Shown in pieces: positions 60,750 to 64,000 of a DNA stretch of 64,000 nucleotides. The notes under the pieces are model-generated. The model made no database searches, was not told the DNA's origin, and saw only the letters and a list, made by a program, of their open reading frames with translations. This stretch comes from Octopus sinensis (taxonomy: Eukaryota): NCBI RefSeq assembly GCF_006345805.1, contig NC_043008.1:78740001-78804000 (forward strand), read 5' to 3'. How positions within the stretch are numbered: the stretch's first letter is position 1; each line of letters opens with the position of its first letter. The position numbers were made by a program, and so were the translations under genes.

Positions 60750-62609
60750 CTATAGAAATGGAAGAATTTTTTTATATGCCTTTATTATTGAAATGTTTGA
60801 ACATATCTAGAATGTGCTGTACCATACCATGCCAAAGGCCTTCAGCTCCTGATGAAGTCAGTAGAGAACTGTTATGATATACAATATACCTTGGACATTT
60901 TTAGACCTGATAGAGACTATCCATCCCTTGATCTGAACAAAACCCATTTATTCCAGAAAGAGAGTGAGACAAAAAGAAAGAAAAGAGATAGAGAAAGAGA
61001 AAACTCATGCCTTAGTCCAGGACTGGTACTCAATTATCAAACCTGAAAATATAAAAGCAAAGTTGACTCTACTAAGATTTGAACTCAGTGTGCAGAGAGC
61101 CAGAACAAATACACAATGACTATCTATCCATTGTTCAAACAACTTTGCCATATGGACAGTATCTAAAATAAAGAAACACTAATTTTGAATTACAGTATTG
61201 CTTGCTCCATAGTTTAAGTAAAACTATTCCAAAATTAAGTTTTATTCTTATCCATTTGATAGAATTTTCTGTCGTTATTTTCTTCCCATTCACCCCTGAT
61301 GAAAAAGTCTATGATTATAGGTATTCTATCCCTGACCAAACAGTTTCCTTTGAAATATTCTGTTTTATGATATTATCTAGTGCATCTTTTTAGTATAGTA
61401 GAGTGTAATTTGAAAATGATTTGGCTGCTACTTATAACAGATCATAAATCAATGCAAATTGGTTAGCTAATTGAGCTAGTTTACAGCCTGCAGTTTTTTC
61501 TTTTTTTTTTTTTTGTATTCTTGTATGAAAAAAAAACCCTCCAAAGCTCAAATTAACAATTCTAAGAAGAGTTAAACTAAGATGGGTGAAGGGAGTAGCA
61601 GATGTTATTTTTAGTGTTGCGGTACAAGCAATTAAATTAACTTCAGTAGTTGACTGATATGTTATTTTTATCAGCTTTTGAGAGATGAAAGGCAAAGTTG
61701 ACCTCACCATGATTTGAATTCAGGGAGTAGGAGACTGTGATTTTGTCTGATGCTCAAATTATTGTATGTATCCACCACCCTGCCATAATAATAATAGCAG
61801 CTGTTATAGTTGAAAGCAATAATATAGGATATTATTTATTGTTACTGAAAAGGGATCTTAGGATTAACTTATATCCCATTTTTATCAACATTTTGGATAA
61901 TTATCTCTAGATTTACCCATATTACTGGTGAAGCCTGAAAGGTAAAAACCAGGTATTTTCAGGCCCACATGTAATGTTGTGATTAAAAAGTGCAAACTGT
62001 CTCCATAAATGATTGCTAATATATTACATACTTATAAATGTCCATCGGAATTCAAACATTTTGACTAAATTCTATGCTATTTGGAGTGCTTAGATACAAG
62101 TCTACTCTGCATTTAATCACATAGGCTGTGTAATGATTTCATTTCATCATTATCATCCTCATTTTTTTATATCCATTTATTAATGTTTGCATGGGTCAGA
62201 TGAAATTTATTGAAACACATTTTTCTATGGCTGAACACTCTTCATTGTCACCAACTCTCACATGTTTCCAAGTAAGCTAAATATTTCTCCTTGGTTGGTC
62301 ATGTTTTCACAAAAGTTTGGAAATTAATGACACCACTTGTATGATGGGTGATGCTCAATTACATATACAATGCAATGTCAAGACAAAGAGACAGCGAAAG
62401 ACAAAGAGTGAGAATCGATGTCTAAACATCACAAAATATATCCATGGTAATAAATTTGTAACAGGTCATTAAACAGGTTGTTAAACTCCAACACATCATT
62501 ACATTGCAGTAAATTCAGATATAATGAACAAGCATGTTTGTACATAATCAGCTAGCTCCTGTGGAGGGCTCTTCAATGGGCCTTCAGCCCAATAATGATG
62601 CTTCATGCA

Positions 62610-63010
62610 TTGAGTACATACTCTTTTACTCTTTTGCTTGTTTCAATCATTTGACTGCAGCCAAGCTGGAGCACCACCTTTAGTCGAGCAAATCTACCCC
62701 AGGACTTATTCTTTGTAGGCCTAGTACTTATTCCATTGGTCTCTTTTGCTGGACTGCTAAGTTATGGGGACATAAACACACAAGCGATGTTGGGGTTCAA
62801 ACACAAACACACAAACACACACACATATATATACATATACATATATATGACAGGCTTCTTTCAGTTTCCATCTACCAAATCCATTCACAAGGCTTTGTTC
62901 AGCCCGAGGCTATATTAGAAGACACTTGCCCAAGGTGCCATGCAGTGGGACTGACCCAGAACCATATGGTTGGTAAGTAAGCTACTTACCACACAGCCAC
63001 TCCTGCACCT
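62610..63010 (-). mobile_element. tRNA-derived SINE
   Basis: Reverse complement of the family at 6021 and 34045. Confidence 0.82.
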
Positions 63011-63199
63011 AAATTTTATTAAACTTGACCAATATTTTTCAAGCAATGAACAATTTTTGTCAAAACAATGATATCATATCTGTATTTGGAACTTATTACA
63101 AAGCTTCATGATAAACATTTTCTACCTTCCCACTGGGGGGTCAGTACAATTTTTTTTTTGTCTAACCTATTTCTTTCTCTCTCTCTTTCTGTTGATTTT

Positions 63200-63500
63200 T
63201 TCAATCATCACCATCTCCAGTGTCACCACCATCGCCACCACAACTGCCATACACACACCATTCAGACTTCTCACGCCACCACCATCAACACCTTTGACTT
63301 CATCACCTTCCCCTACACCACCATCACCACTGTCTTTCACATCCCTTACTATCACTGTCATACTTGACCACCTCAGCTACCACCACCACCACCACCACCA
63401 CCATCTTCACAGTCACCTCTGCTTCTATCACAACTACAGCTCATACTATTACTAACACCCCATTACCATCTCAATTGTCAATCTACTACCACCACCACCT
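63200..63500. repeat. Degenerate (CAC/CAT)n low-complexity tract
   Basis: Directly visible. Confidence 0.8.
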
Positions 63501-64000
63501 TCTCTATGCCTACACTTACTCTCACTCCAGCAAGAGGAATAGAAGAAGTGTCACTGAATAGTGAGAGAGAGGGTCAAAGTATGACACACTGACATACAGA
63601 AATTTGTTTTAGCATTTATCATCATAGATAAAAAGCAGAAAAGCATATATTCTACATATAATTTATAATTTAATTATGCTCAACAGCTATTTCATTAGCA
63701 TAAACACCATTAATTCTATAATTACATAATTAGAATACATAGTTAGGTTAATCAGAACTGTTACTATTTCTAAATTAACATCATCATCATTTAACATCCT
63801 CCTTCCATGCTGGCATGGACTGGACAGTTCAACAGGAACCAATGAGCCTGTGTTGAGCTCTATCTAATACATAGTGATTTGGGACTAAGAAGAGAAACTA
63901 TATACAGTAGTGGAAATCAGTTGCCCTATGTGTATGAACAGAAAGTTTAAAGACCAGCATAAAAGGAAAATGCCTATGCAGAACTATTGTGTAAATTTAC

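Noticed and set aside
61917-61934. Possible 18-nt micro-exon (ASPVIW) upstream of exon a
   Set aside because: The splice signals look good, but the peptide is too short to support by homology; RNA data are needed.

Overview
AT-rich, repeat-dense eukaryotic DNA. The microsatellites, SINEs and (GAT)n-tailed RTE elements suggest a cephalopod such as octopus; this is my recognition, not a search result. (1) Host gene: seven short exons on the minus strand (60749 down to 3755) splice with matching phases into 183 codons of an M13/neprilysin-like protein. Its zinc motif reads HAYIH instead of HExxH, so it is a probable pseudo-peptidase. (2) Introns: they hold five TIR-bounded mariners, maT, Tigger and MULE remnants, a full-length RTE LINE with an uninterrupted 1041-aa ORF and a 10-bp TSD, an R4/Dong-like LINE relic, Penelope-like GIY-YIG relics and tRNA-derived SINEs. 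(3) Most unusual feature: a 6-kb insertion at 16840-22873 with an 11-bp TSD. It is bounded by ~265-bp direct repeats that begin with a minimal type I hammerhead-like motif and has an inverted repeat copy at its 5' end. It encodes no RT, integrase or recombinase, only three tandem, diverged gag/ORF1-like units (RRM-like region, CCHC knuckle and an unassigned C-terminal domain). It resembles a protein-coding retrozyme or non-autonomous Penelope-type element. A fourth, decayed homolog lies at 50620-51035. Coordinates were counted by hand, and boundaries of degenerate repeats are approximate.
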